Source: Nannocystis bainbridge (GTDB lineage Bacteria > Myxococcota_A > Polyangia > Nannocystales > Nannocystaceae). From it: a stretch of 64,000 nucleotides of DNA. Position 1 is the first letter of the stretch. The number at the start of each line of letters is the position of its first letter. The stretch lies in assembly GCF_028368995.1 (NCBI RefSeq), contig NZ_JAQNDL010000003.1:2304001-2368000 (forward strand). The letters run 5' to 3'. The position numbers and the translations under genes were made by a program. Positions 12,702-22,716 of this stretch are shown in pieces. A model generated the notes under the pieces. It ran no database searches. It was not told the origin of the DNA and saw nothing but the letters and a program-made list of their open reading frames with translations.

Positions 12702-13562
12702 TCACCAGCCGTGGGCCGCGAACAGCCCCGGACCCTGGACCGACACCACCTCGCGACGCTGCTCGTCGCGGTGGCAGTGGGCCGCGCAGCCGCAGGCGTC
12801 GAGGCGCATGCCGTGACGCTCGGCCAGGCCCTTGAGGCCCTCGACCATCCCGACGGTCGCCTGCGCCGTCAGGCGCCAGCCGGTGCTCGTCGGGGTCGCG
12901 TCGCGGCTCTGCGCGGCCGGGGGCACGCCGTAGCGGCGCAGCACCGAGCCCATGGTGTCGGCGTCGAGCACGCCCGAGAGCGCCTGGATGCGGGCGGGGG
13001 TCAGGCGGCCCGGCACGAAGTGGAGATCGCGCAGTTCGGCGGCGGCGATGTGGCGGAGCAGCGGCTCGAAGTCCGGGCCCAGCGGGCGGTCGTGGAGGCC
13101 CGCCATCAGCGGCCCCAGGTGGACCGAGACCGGCACGCCGAGGCGACGCAGGTACTGGGCCTGGAGCAAGAGAGCCGGCGCAGCTTCCGCGTCGGCGCCC
13201 AGCAGAGCGCGCTGAACCTCCACCTTTTGGTGCGCGATCTCGTACGCCACCGACGCCTGGCAGTCCTTGGCCCGCAGGACCAGCGAGCGGGCCAGGGTGG
13301 CCGGGCTGCGGAGGATCACCCGCCGCCCGTGGGCCGTCAGCCAGCGCAGCGCCGGCTCGGCCCAGCTGGCGTCCTCGCGCCTGGCCAGGCGCAGGGTCAC
13401 CACCGTCACGCGCTCGCCACGCGCCTCGAACTCGCCGAGCAGACCGGCCAGAGCCAGCTCCGGCGAGGCCGAGGGAACCGGAGCACCGGCACGGCTGCCG
13501 AGGATCACGTGCAGGCCGGTGCAGGACGACAGGACTTGCAGGGTGGTGAATCCGGAACTCAT
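12702..13562 (-). CDS. Radical-SAM-barrel-like protein lacking CxxxCxxC (SplB/Rv2578c-like C-terminal resemblance)
   Basis: LRRLGVPVSVHLGPLMAGLHD...LLRHIAAA pattern; C-terminal CGCAAHC; family call tentative. Confidence 0.5.
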   Translation of the reverse strand: MSSGFTTLQVLSSCTGLHVILGSRAGAPVPSASPELALAGLLGEFEARGERVTVVTLRLARREDASWAEPALRWLTAHGRRVILRSPATLARSLVLRAKDCQASVAYEIAHQKVEVQRALLGADAEAAPALLLQAQYLRRLGVPVSVHLGPLMAGLHDRPLGPDFEPLLRHIAAAELRDLHFVPGRLTPARIQALSGVLDADTMGSVLRRYGVPPAAQSRDATPTSTGWRLTAQATVGMVEGLKGLAERHGMRLDACGCAAHCHRDEQRREVVSVQGPGLFAAHGW

Positions 13563-13569
13563 GGTCAGC

Positions 13570-13585
13570 TTGCTCGCTTGTTCAG
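13570..13585. promoter_or_regulatory. Possible myxobacterial-type LexA (SOS) box
   Basis: TTGCTCGCTTGTTCAG matches 14 of 16 positions of the M. xanthus-type consensus CTRHAMRYBYGTTCAG (recalled, not searched); 8 bp upstream of the 13562 start. Confidence 0.35.
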
Positions 13586-13847
13586 TAAAGTGCGCCCGAC
13601 AAGCAGTGGGGTCAATGCAGCGCGTGATCTGGTTCAGATCAAGCGAGCGATATTTCCCAGCCGACTTCCAAGTATTTCACCCCCATCCAGAGCGATTCCG
13701 CCCCGCTTTGCGCGGCAACGAACCTCGGCCCCCCCGACGCGAGGCCGATCCGCTCCGTGCACGCGAGTCTCGAGACCCCGAGCGCCCGCAACAGTTCAGC
13801 GGGCCTCCCGACAGCCCGCTGCGATCAACACCAGCGAGGCGCCGGGC

Positions 13848-14459
13848 TCACTGGCAGACCAGCTCCGGCTCCTCGTCGCACAGCATCTGCAGGCTCTCGA
13901 GCCCGGGCAGGTACGCCGAGTCCTTGCACACGCAGACCTTCTGGCAGCACAGCTCGTCGGACACGAGCACCGTGCTGCAGGTGGCCCCCGTCATGCAGCC
14001 GGGGATCGGCGGGCAATCCGCCACCGCCTCGCAGCCCTGCGTACAGCGCTGGCCCTCCGCGAGCATCGCCTTCGAGACGGAGCAGATCCCCCCATCACAC
14101 GGCGCATCGGCGCCGCAGTCGGGGTCGGCTTCACACTGGTAGGCCTTGTCGATGACCAGCAGGCAGATCCCGCCATCACACGCCGGCTGGGGGCTGATCG
14201 CGGTGAAGTTGATGATGGGGCGACTGCCGACCAGCTCACAGACCGAGCCATAGGCGCCGCCCGGTAGCCCCGTCGTGTCGCCCGGGGCGGTCGTGGTGCT
14301 CGCGCCCTCGTCGGGCCCGGTCGTCGTGGCCACCGGCTCGCCGCTCGCGCCGCTGTCCGTGGTGGTGATCGTCGCGCCGACGAACTCCGGGGTCAGCGGG
14401 CAGCCCGCCACGATCAGCGCGACCGTGACGAGCAGCGAGCGGGTCAGGACGCGTGCCAT
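13848..14459 (-). CDS. Cys-rich lipoprotein with Thr-rich linker
   Basis: MARVLTRSLLVTVALIVAGC lipobox; TTT/G linker; Cys-rich domain (CCQKVCVC). Confidence 0.8.
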   Translation of the reverse strand: MARVLTRSLLVTVALIVAGCPLTPEFVGATITTTDSGASGEPVATTTGPDEGASTTTAPGDTTGLPGGAYGSVCELVGSRPIINFTAISPQPACDGGICLLVIDKAYQCEADPDCGADAPCDGGICSVSKAMLAEGQRCTQGCEAVADCPPIPGCMTGATCSTVLVSDELCCQKVCVCKDSAYLPGLESLQMLCDEEPELVCQ

Positions 14460-14701
14460 CGGTGCCCGCAGCATCCCCGGCCCGGAGCCGATCCGTCCGA
14501 AAAAATGGCCCTTTGAACCCCATGCCCGCCTCGCCAAAAAGCGCATCCAGCGCTCCGCCATCCAAACAGTCTCCACTCCGCGCCCTGAGCGCCGGCCCGT
14601 CACCCCTTTATTAAACCGCCTCGCGTTCGCGCGAGTTCGCGCAAGAGCGGCTTTCCACCATCTCGGGCCCCCCGTGTGGTAGAGGGGCGCAGCAGCACGC
14701 G

Positions 14702-16039
14702 ATGCCCGAAGCGAAGGCAAGCAGCCCCTCCGTCCCGACGCCGCGCCTTCAAGGGGCCATCTCCATCCGTGACGTCGACCCGGACGCGCTCAAGGTCGTC
14801 CGTAAGTTGGTCGCCGGGGGCCACGAGGCCTATCTCGTGGGCGGTTGTGTCCGCGACCTGTTCCTGAAGCGGCGCCCCAAGGACTTCGACGTGGCCACCA
14901 GCGCCACTCCGGAGGCCATCCGCAAGGCGTTCCGCAACTGTCGCATCATCGGCCGCCGGTTCAAGCTCGCGCACGTGTTCTTCGGCCCGAAGATCATCGA
15001 GACGAGCACCTTCCGCACCACGCCGATCACCGCCGAGGACGACCCGCTCATCACTCACGACAATGAGTGGGGCTCGGTCGAGGATGACGCGCGGCGGCGC
15101 GACTTCACCATCAACGGCCTCTTTTACGACACCGACGCCGACGCCATCGTCGACTTCGTCGACGGCCTGGCCGACCTCGAGCGCGGCGTCATCCGCACGA
15201 TCGGCGACCCGCTGCTGCGCTTCCAGGAGGATCCTGTGCGCATGCTGCGGGCGGTCAAGTTCGCCGCGCGGCTCGACTTCACCATCGAGGAGGCCACCTG
15301 GCGGGCCTTGCTCGACACCGTCGGTCACATCGGCAAGTGCTCGCGCGCTCGCGTGCTCGAGGAGATCTACAAGCTCCTGCGCGGCGGCGCGGCGCGGCGC
15401 AGCTTCGAGCTGTTGCTCGAGGCGCGGCTGATGACCGAGCTCATGCCGAGCTACGTCGACCTCTACCGCAAGCTCAGCCCGAACGGCCTCGCCGGTCCGG
15501 CCAGCAAGACCCGCGCGGGCGAGCCCTCGCGCGTCATGTGGAACCTGCTCGAGGCGCTCGACGAGTACACCAGCGCCACCAGCCAGATCGCCAGCAACGG
15601 CGTGCTCCTGGCCGTGCTGTTCGCCCCGCTGCTCGACGAGCAGTGGCACACCGCCAGCCGCCAGGGCCTCGACCGCCTGATCGACGACCTCATGGGCCCG
15701 GTGTGTGTCAGCCTCGGCGTCGCCCGCCGCGACCGCGAGCTCGCGCGGCAGATCCTCATGGCGCACCGGCGCATGGTCGAGTCGCTCAACCGCAAGAAGC
15801 GGCGGCCCTCGCTGGTCCAGCGCCAGTACTTCCACGAGGCGCTCGTGTTCCTCGGCCTCACCGTCAAGGCCCGCGGCGGCGACGGCAGCGAGCTCGGACA
15901 CTGGCAGCGGCTCGCCGCCGTCACCCAGCCGCTGCGCGTCGAGTCGGAGGGCGACTACGACAGCGGCCCGCGGCGCAAGCGGCGGCGGCGGACGCGGCCA
16001 GACGGTCGGCGTCACTCCGCCGAATCGGGCTCGCCGTGA
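14702..16039 (+). CDS. pcnB: Poly(A) polymerase
   Basis: LVGGCVRD, DFDVAT, RRDFTIN, EDPVRMLR; PAP-specific IIGRRFKLAHV; Arg-rich tail. Confidence 0.9.
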   Translation: MPEAKASSPSVPTPRLQGAISIRDVDPDALKVVRKLVAGGHEAYLVGGCVRDLFLKRRPKDFDVATSATPEAIRKAFRNCRIIGRRFKLAHVFFGPKIIETSTFRTTPITAEDDPLITHDNEWGSVEDDARRRDFTINGLFYDTDADAIVDFVDGLADLERGVIRTIGDPLLRFQEDPVRMLRAVKFAARLDFTIEEATWRALLDTVGHIGKCSRARVLEEIYKLLRGGAARRSFELLLEARLMTELMPSYVDLYRKLSPNGLAGPASKTRAGEPSRVMWNLLEALDEYTSATSQIASNGVLLAVLFAPLLDEQWHTASRQGLDRLIDDLMGPVCVSLGVARRDRELARQILMAHRRMVESLNRKKRRPSLVQRQYFHEALVFLGLTVKARGGDGSELGHWQRLAAVTQPLRVESEGDYDSGPRRKRRRRTRPDGRRHSAESGSP

Positions 16040-16890
16040 CGCGGCGCAGCAAGGGCCCCCTCGACCCCGAGGCCCTGCTGCGACTGGGCACCAGCGAGCA
16101 CTACGAAGACCCCGAGCTCTACGACTTCGAGTACCGGGACCACCGCCACGACGTCGCCTGGTACCGCGGCCTCGCCCGCGACCGCGGCCCGCGCCAGCGG
16201 GTCGTCGAGCTCGGCGCCGGCACCGGACGGATCAGCCTCCCGCTGTGTCACGACGGCCACGGCGTCGTCGCCGTCGACCGCATGCCCAGCATGCTCGACC
16301 ACCTGCGGCGCAAGGCCGCCGACCTCCCGAGCGACGTCGCCGCCCGCCTCGAACCTGTCCTCGGGGACATCACCGCGTTGCCGCTGCCCGACGCCAGCGC
16401 CGACCTCGTGTTCGCCCCCTTCAACGTGCTCATGCACCTCTATTCGTGGGAGGACCTGCTGCGCTGCTTCCGCGAGGCCGCGCGCGTGCTCGTGCCCGGC
16501 GGGCGGTTCGCCCTCGACGTCCTCCTGCCCGACCTCGAGTGGCTGACCTGGGACCCCGAGGAGCGCCACAGCGTCACCCACTTCACCCACCCGCGCACCG
16601 GCGCGCCGATGGTCTACTCGACCAATCACCGCTACGACCCGCACACCCAGGTGTGCCACGTCCGGATCTTCTACGACGACGCCCCCAAGCGCCCGCGCGC
16701 CTTCAAGCCGCCGCCCGAGCCGGTCCAGGTCGTCCACCTCGCCCACCGCCAGATCTTCCCCGAAGAGCTGCGCCACCTCGTCGCCGCCGCCGGCCTCGAG
16801 CTCGACAGCCTCGGCGGCAACTTCCGCGGCACCCGCCTCGTCCCCGGCGTCGACTCGCAGTGCGTCCTGTGTACCAAGAGACATGTCTGA
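16036..16890 (+). CDS. Class I SAM-dependent methyltransferase
   Basis: VVELGAGTGR, VAVDR, GDITAL, LVPGGRFALD; GTGA overlap with pcnB. Confidence 0.88.
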   Translation: MTRRSKGPLDPEALLRLGTSEHYEDPELYDFEYRDHRHDVAWYRGLARDRGPRQRVVELGAGTGRISLPLCHDGHGVVAVDRMPSMLDHLRRKAADLPSDVAARLEPVLGDITALPLPDASADLVFAPFNVLMHLYSWEDLLRCFREAARVLVPGGRFALDVLLPDLEWLTWDPEERHSVTHFTHPRTGAPMVYSTNHRYDPHTQVCHVRIFYDDAPKRPRAFKPPPEPVQVVHLAHRQIFPEELRHLVAAAGLELDSLGGNFRGTRLVPGVDSQCVLCTKRHV

Positions 16891-17077
16891 AACGACATGC
16901 TCTTCGGGCCATCTCACTCGCTCGCGGCGCCCGTGAGCTCCAGGCTCGAGCTCCGTCCTCGCTCGCGCTCTCGGGCTCTCGGCTGCTGGCGCGCCGCCCG
17001 CCGAGCCTCGACTCGCTTTACGCGCCGGCCGATCGCTCTGGACCCTCCGCGCCTGCGCCCTCCGCGTCTGTGAGCCC

Positions 17078-17647
17078 ATGACTGCAGTCCGTCGCCTCTC
17101 CAACTTGCTCGGCGTCGACGACGCTCCGTTCGCGCGCGAGCATCGGGGCGACGTGGCGATCATCGGCACCATCTGCACCTCCGGCCGGCTCGACGGCGTC
17201 CTGCGCGGCAAGGTCCGGCGCGACGGTGCTGACGCCGCGCGGCGGATCGCCGCCATGCTCCTCGGCTCGCCGTTCGCCGAGGCGGTCCAGGCCGTCGTCC
17301 TGCAGGGCATCGCCCTCGCCGGCTTCAACGTCGTCGACCTCGACGCGCTGCACGAGGCGATCGCTCGCCCGATCCTCGTCGTCGCTCGCCGACCCCCCAA
17401 TCTCGCCAAGATCCGCGCAGCCCTGGAGCGGCTCCCCGGCGGCGCCCGCAAGTGGAACCTGATCCAGCGCGCTGGCGCGATGGAGCCGCTCGCCGGCGTA
17501 TGGTGTCAGCGCAAGGGCCTGAGCCCCGCCGAGGCTGCTCTCTTGCTCGAGCGCGGCCGCGTTCACGGGGCATTGCCCGAGCCGTTGCGGCTGGCTCACC
17601 TGATCGCCGGCGCATACGGGCGCGGGTACAGCAAGGGTCGGGCCTGA
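17078..17647 (+). CDS. DUF99 family (endonuclease V-like) protein
   Basis: GVDDAPF, DGADA, GIALAGFNVVD, LPEPLRLAHLIA. Confidence 0.85.
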   Translation: MTAVRRLSNLLGVDDAPFAREHRGDVAIIGTICTSGRLDGVLRGKVRRDGADAARRIAAMLLGSPFAEAVQAVVLQGIALAGFNVVDLDALHEAIARPILVVARRPPNLAKIRAALERLPGGARKWNLIQRAGAMEPLAGVWCQRKGLSPAEAALLLERGRVHGALPEPLRLAHLIAGAYGRGYSKGRA

Positions 17648-17964
17648 ACGCCCCTTGCGGACCTGCCTGAAAAGACAGGTGCAAACATTCACTCCAGGAT
17701 CGTCCATAGGCCCTTTGAGCCCGGCGAATTCCTGCTCTGACGCATTTCATTCGCGACTGCCCGCGTGCTTGGCGACCGCAGCTCGGAGGCCGCCCGAGTC
17801 GTTGCAGCTCCCACGTTCCACGAAGCGCGATGCGTGGTCGGGGCTCGACTCGGCGACCACCCGAGCCGCGTGTGCGGCCTGACCTTGGCGACATGTCCGA
17901 CGAATCGTGCGCGCGGATCCATGCCCCTCGCAGTCGGCCCTGTCGCGATGCTAGCCTGATAAAC

Positions 17965-18411
17965 GTGCCGCCCAAGGTCATCTTCCTCGACATCGACGGC
18001 GTCATGAACAACCTCGGCACCCCAGGCGAGCCCGAGCGTCCGGGCCTCGGAGCGTGCTTCGATCCGCACAACGTCGCCGTGCTCAACCAGATCGTGCGGG
18101 CCACCGGCGCCGTCGTGGTGGTCTCGTCCTCGTGGCGACTGTCACTACCTCTCCACGAGCTGCGGGCCAGCTTCGCCGCCGCCGGCTGCGAGGCCCAGGT
18201 CGTCGGCATCACGCCCGACGTGGACGGCCCGCGCCGCGGTCGGGAGATCCGCGCCTGGCTGGACGCGCAGTCCGAGCCGCCGACCCGCTACGTCGCCATC
18301 GACGATCAGTTCGACATGCCCGAGCTCCCGGGTCATCTGGTCAAGACCAGCCGGTTCCACGGCCTCACCGCCCGCGAGCTCCCCCAGGTGCTCGCCCGGC
18401 TCGCCGACTGA
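17965..18411 (+). CDS. HAD-domain protein (Swiss-army-knife RNA-repair-like HAD)
   Basis: VIFLDIDGVMN, VVSSSWR, RGREI..WL, YVAIDD. Confidence 0.8.
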   Translation: MPPKVIFLDIDGVMNNLGTPGEPERPGLGACFDPHNVAVLNQIVRATGAVVVVSSSWRLSLPLHELRASFAAAGCEAQVVGITPDVDGPRRGREIRAWLDAQSEPPTRYVAIDDQFDMPELPGHLVKTSRFHGLTARELPQVLARLAD

Positions 18412-18477
18412 GCAGCGCCGCGAAGTCGCGCCCTGGCCCGGCTGGTGCAGCGACCTTCGGCGCTCTATCCTCGGCCC

Positions 18478-18912
18478 GTGCTGCATTACCGCCAGGCCGA
18501 TCTCGCCGACATCCCGCGTCTACAGGTCATCCGCGCCGCCGTCCGCGAGAACATCCTCTCGAACCCCGCGCTTGTGACCGTCCCCGACTACGAGGAGCAC
18601 ATTCGCGGGCCCGGCCGCTCGTGGGTGGGCGAGGAGGACGGCGTCATCCTCGGCTTCTCCTCGGCGCACCCCGGGGGCCGATCGATCTGGGCCCTCTTCG
18701 TCGACCCTGCCCACGAGCGCCGCGGCATCGGCCGCGTGCTCCTCGACCACGCCGTCGCCTGGCTGTGGACCTTCTCAGAAGTCGACGCCGTGCAGCTCAC
18801 CACCGCCGTCGGCACCCGCGCCGACAATTTCTATCGCGCCGCCGGCTGGTCCGACACCGGCCGCTCCCGCAGCGGCGAGGTCATCTTCCGCCTGCCCCGC
18901 CCGGGCCGCTGA
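18478..18912 (+). CDS. GNAT family N-acetyltransferase
   Basis: IWALFVDPAHERRGIGRVLL, ADNFYRAAGW. Confidence 0.88.
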   Translation: MLHYRQADLADIPRLQVIRAAVRENILSNPALVTVPDYEEHIRGPGRSWVGEEDGVILGFSSAHPGGRSIWALFVDPAHERRGIGRVLLDHAVAWLWTFSEVDAVQLTTAVGTRADNFYRAAGWSDTGRSRSGEVIFRLPRPGR

Positions 18913-19181
18913 ATGGACATAGCGAGGAGTTGACCGCCGAGCTCAGGGGCTGCCGCCGCGCCTCGGTCCACGCTGTCTCCGCGCCTCGTCCAGGTTTCGG
19001 TCTCAAGAGACATGTCCTTCGAGACATGTCTCTCGAACCATTTTCGAAACTGTCGCACTGTCCCGACACATGCGCGGCGCGCAGGCAGCCGTCGTCACCG
19101 CGGTCCCTGCTCTCTCCGCGCCTCGTTTAAAACCTGCCTCAAGGGGCATGTCCATCCAGACATGCCCCTTCGAACATGCTT

Positions 19182-21683
19182 CTAGAGCGGCTTCGGCCCC
19201 GGGGCCCCGTCGAGCGCGTCGAGCAGCGAATCCCACTCCGCGTCCTCTGCTCCTGCCGCCGCCGGCGGTTCGACGCCCGGTCCTGGCGCTGCCGGTGCGG
19301 CCGCGGACACCACGGGCGGCGCCACGCTCGGCGCCTGCGCCACCGGCGGGGACAGCTTTCCTCCCGGCGGCATGAGCGGCGGCGCCACCAAGGGAGCGGC
19401 GGGGAAAGCCGGCGGCACCAGCGACCCGCCTGAAGCCGCCAGCGGCGCGCTGGCAGCCGAAGGCCGAGATCCCGGCAACGGCGCCCCGGCAGCGGGCCTC
19501 GGCGGCAGCAGCGGCGCCCCCGGAACCACCGGCACGGGCGGGGCCATCGACGCCCCCGCGAGCGGCGGCGCAGCGGGCCTCGACGCCGGCAACGTCGGCC
19601 CGCTCGCAGCCGGCGGGCTCTTCACCGGGACGGGCGGCAGCCCCAGCGGAGGCCGCCCGGCCGGGCTCCCGCCCACCGGCAGCCCCGCGACCGCCGGCGG
19701 CTTCGCCAGCGGCACCGAGAACGCCGGCGGCTTCACCCCTGCCGCGGCGACCGGCCCGGACGTCTCGGGCCGGCCGGCGATCGGCCCCGACTGCGCCGGC
19801 GCCCCGAGATGCCCGAACAACGCCCCCGCCGAAGGCGCTCCCGCCTTCGAGTCACTCGCGGCGCCCCTGTCCCGAGGGACATCCGCCCCGGCGACACCAG
19901 CCGTCAATCCGGCCCTGTCCCGAGGGACATCCGCCCCGGACAAACTACCCGTCAATCCGGCCCTGTCCCCAAGGACATCCGCCCCAGCGACACCAGCCGT
20001 CAATCCGGCCCTGTCCCCAAGGACATCCGGCCCAGCGACACCAGCCGCCGAACCGCCCCTGTCCCCAAGGACATCCGCCCCAGCGACACCAGCCGCCGAA
20101 CCGCCCCTGTCCCCAAGGACATCTGCCCCAGCGACACTCGCGTCCGGCCGCGCCTCGCCGACCCTGGAACCTGCCCCTTCGACCCTGTCCCCGAGGACAG
20201 CCACACTCGAACCAGCCGGAGCCGCCGCACGCCCCACGACCGTTTCGGCGCCGCCCTGCGGCTCACGAAGCGCCTCGCCGACCCCGCCCGCCCGCGCCAC
20301 CGGACCCCCGAGGCTCGCCGCCGGCGCCTCCACCCGCGCCGTCACACTCGTCTTCCCCGACCTGTCCGAAGAGACAGACCCGAGCTCCGGCTTGCCCGCC
20401 TGCCGCGTCGCGCTGCGCGGCGGCGTGCTCGTCACTCGCGCCGTCCCTCGCCGCTCGGCCTTCGCCGCGCGCCTGGCCGCCCGCCGCTCCTCCCGGCGGA
20501 CGTTTCGCTTCCCGCGCGGCTGCTCCGCCTCGCGCCCGTCCGGCCGCTCCGCCTCGTCCTCCGCCGCGCCGACCGGCAGCGCCAGCATCACCCCGCCCGC
20601 GACCGCCGGCTCGCCCCGCGACGGCGCCGCGACAGCCGCCTCACCGGGCTCGATCGGCCGCGGCGCGCTCGCGACCTTCGCCGCCGCCTGTCCATTCGGA
20701 CCTGCCCCCGAAGACATGTCCTTCGCGCCATCCGAGCGCCTCGCGGCCTGTCCCTTCAGACCTGCCCCGGAGGACATGTCCTTCACGACATCCTTGCGCT
20801 CGCCCGCCCGCGCCTCGAGCTTGCGGGCCCGCTTCTCGCTCGCCTTGACCGCCGGCCGCAGCATCCGCCGCGCCCGCTCGACCAGCGCCTCCGCCAGCCT
20901 GTCCGGCCCGGCCTCGAGCCCCGCCTCGGCCCCGCGCAGGGCCGACAGCGCCGGCTCCGAGGCCCCCGCGCGTTGCTCGAGCAGCGCCCGCGTCGCCAGC
21001 ACCCGCGGCGTCGCCCCCAGCGCCGCCTGGGCCGTGTCGAGCAGCGCCCGCACCTCGTCCGCGCGCGGCTTGCCGGCCAGCAGCTGCGCCGCGGCCAGGT
21101 GCAGCTGATCCCACGGCCCGAGCGCCTGGCGCTTCGCCTGCGCCTGCAGCAGGTCGCGCGCCTGCTCCGGCACGTCGGCGATCAGCAGCGCGTGCGCCTG
21201 CGCCGACACGATCCCCGCCGGCGGGTCGGCCATCGTCCCGGCCAGCCGCGCCGCCTCCGTCAGCGCTTTGGCCGACGCCCGCCCCTCGCCGCGCACCAGG
21301 TGCAGCCGGCCCTCCTGCATCGCCGTCCACGCGAACGGAGCGAACCACCGCACCCGCCGGCGCTCGCGCAGCGCGCCGAGCAGCCCTGGCGCCGTGCTCG
21401 GCGTCGCCGCCATCACCGCCCGCTCGAGCGGCCCGAGCAGCCCTTGCACGAACACCGGGAACAGCGCGAACCACAGCGCCGCCCCCGCCAGCAGCCCCCA
21501 GAACACCGGCCCGCGCGGCGCGAAGATCAGCCCCCCCGCGATGATCGCCATCGGCACGTAGATCCGCGCCGCCGCCGACGCGAGCGGCCGCTTCGAGCGG
21601 AGCCACGACGTGGCGGGCAGAGGAGCCCGCGCGGGCTCGGGCGGGGCGGCAGAGGTCGGGGCAAGATCGCTCACGGAGGCCAA
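19182..21683 (-). CDS. Membrane protein with helical (TPR-like) domain and long low-complexity Pro/Ala tail containing tandem repeats
   Basis: Two N-terminal TM helices, helical middle, repeat region, acidic C-terminus EWDSLLDAL. Confidence 0.65.
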   Translation of the reverse strand: MASVSDLAPTSAAPPEPARAPLPATSWLRSKRPLASAAARIYVPMAIIAGGLIFAPRGPVFWGLLAGAALWFALFPVFVQGLLGPLERAVMAATPSTAPGLLGALRERRRVRWFAPFAWTAMQEGRLHLVRGEGRASAKALTEAARLAGTMADPPAGIVSAQAHALLIADVPEQARDLLQAQAKRQALGPWDQLHLAAAQLLAGKPRADEVRALLDTAQAALGATPRVLATRALLEQRAGASEPALSALRGAEAGLEAGPDRLAEALVERARRMLRPAVKASEKRARKLEARAGERKDVVKDMSSGAGLKGQAARRSDGAKDMSSGAGPNGQAAAKVASAPRPIEPGEAAVAAPSRGEPAVAGGVMLALPVGAAEDEAERPDGREAEQPRGKRNVRREERRAARRAAKAERRGTARVTSTPPRSATRQAGKPELGSVSSDRSGKTSVTARVEAPAASLGGPVARAGGVGEALREPQGGAETVVGRAAAPAGSSVAVLGDRVEGAGSRVGEARPDASVAGADVLGDRGGSAAGVAGADVLGDRGGSAAGVAGPDVLGDRAGLTAGVAGADVLGDRAGLTGSLSGADVPRDRAGLTAGVAGADVPRDRGAASDSKAGAPSAGALFGHLGAPAQSGPIAGRPETSGPVAAAGVKPPAFSVPLAKPPAVAGLPVGGSPAGRPPLGLPPVPVKSPPAASGPTLPASRPAAPPLAGASMAPPVPVVPGAPLLPPRPAAGAPLPGSRPSAASAPLAASGGSLVPPAFPAAPLVAPPLMPPGGKLSPPVAQAPSVAPPVVSAAAPAAPGPGVEPPAAAGAEDAEWDSLLDALDGAPGPKPL
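19864..20140. repeat. Six 48-bp tandem repeats (16 aa, AGADVLGDRGGSAAGV-like), each holding a CCTGTCC-N4-GGACAT dyad
   Basis: CCTG starts at 19866, 19914, 19962, 20010, 20058, 20106. Confidence 0.9.
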
Positions 21684-22033
21684 TTCCAGGGCGAACTTGC
21701 CCCAACACCCCCGGCGTACGCAAGCGCGCGTGTACCGTCCGTTTGCGCCATCCCATCCCCACGGCCGCGACTTCGGCCCCTGCGCCCCTGGCCGTCACTC
21801 GCTCGCGCCCACCGCCCCTGCACGCGCGAGCCCCCGCGCTCGCGCCCCCGGGCCTCGATCACCCGCGATCCATCACGACCGACCGCCACGCAGCGCCGCT
21901 CCACCGCCTCATGCCTCCCGCAGGGCCGCGGCCACACTCCTCACATTCTCGCTCTACCCACAATCCATCGTCCCGATCACCACTCTCGATTTCACGACAG
22001 CGAGCATTCGCCACGCTATCGGCCCGCGCCGAA

Positions 22034-22471
22034 TCACGGCGGCAAGCAAACCTCGCGCTTCTCGCTCCCGCCGCCCGACGAGCGACACACCGTGTTCGGG
22101 CCCGCGTGCATGAAGCAATACGCCATCGGCTCCGCGCCGAGGCGCGCGTCCTCCTCGCAGCTGATCCAGCACCGCTTCGACGTGTCGTTCGCCAGCGGCG
22201 TACAGACGTACGCCACCGCGAGCATGCACTCGCCCTCGACCGCGCAACAATCCGCGTCCGTCTCGCACGTGTGTGTGCAATAGCCGTAATCGAATTGGTC
22301 CTCGCAGAAGACCGTCCCGAGCTGCGAATGATCGAGCTCCGGGTAACAGTCCGCCGCCTCCGAGCACAGCGCCCCGGTCGGTTGTTCCATCGGCGGCGGC
22401 TCCTCGCAGGCGAACCCGAGGATCGCCGCCGTCAGCGTGCTCATGACCCATCGTAGTTTCGCGCTGCGCAT
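22034..22471 (-). CDS. Small Cys-rich lipoprotein
   Basis: LTAAILGFAC lipobox; GYCTHTCETDADCC. Confidence 0.75.
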   Translation of the reverse strand: MRSAKLRWVMSTLTAAILGFACEEPPPMEQPTGALCSEAADCYPELDHSQLGTVFCEDQFDYGYCTHTCETDADCCAVEGECMLAVAYVCTPLANDTSKRCWISCEEDARLGAEPMAYCFMHAGPNTVCRSSGGGSEKREVCLPP

Positions 22472-22716
22472 GCAGAAAACCCTGGGCAGGCTCGCCCGCC
22501 GTGCCAGGCCGCATCCGCGGACATTCCCGCCCCCGTCGCCCCGAGCGGCCGACGTGCCCGCAATCACCAGCGGCCTCATGCGATTTCGTCCGCCCCCACG
22601 GCCTCGCGCGGCGCTCCCGCGGATGTCGACGTCGTCATGAAAGAACGCTCGCATCGCGGGCAGTGTCGCCTCGATCCCCCGCGCCGCTGCCTTCGAGCGC
22701 GCGGTACCTTCGCCGC

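Noticed and set aside
14702-16039. CCA-adding enzyme serving the CCA-less tRNAs
   Set aside because: It carries the poly(A)-polymerase signature IIGRRFKLAHV, so pcnB is preferred.
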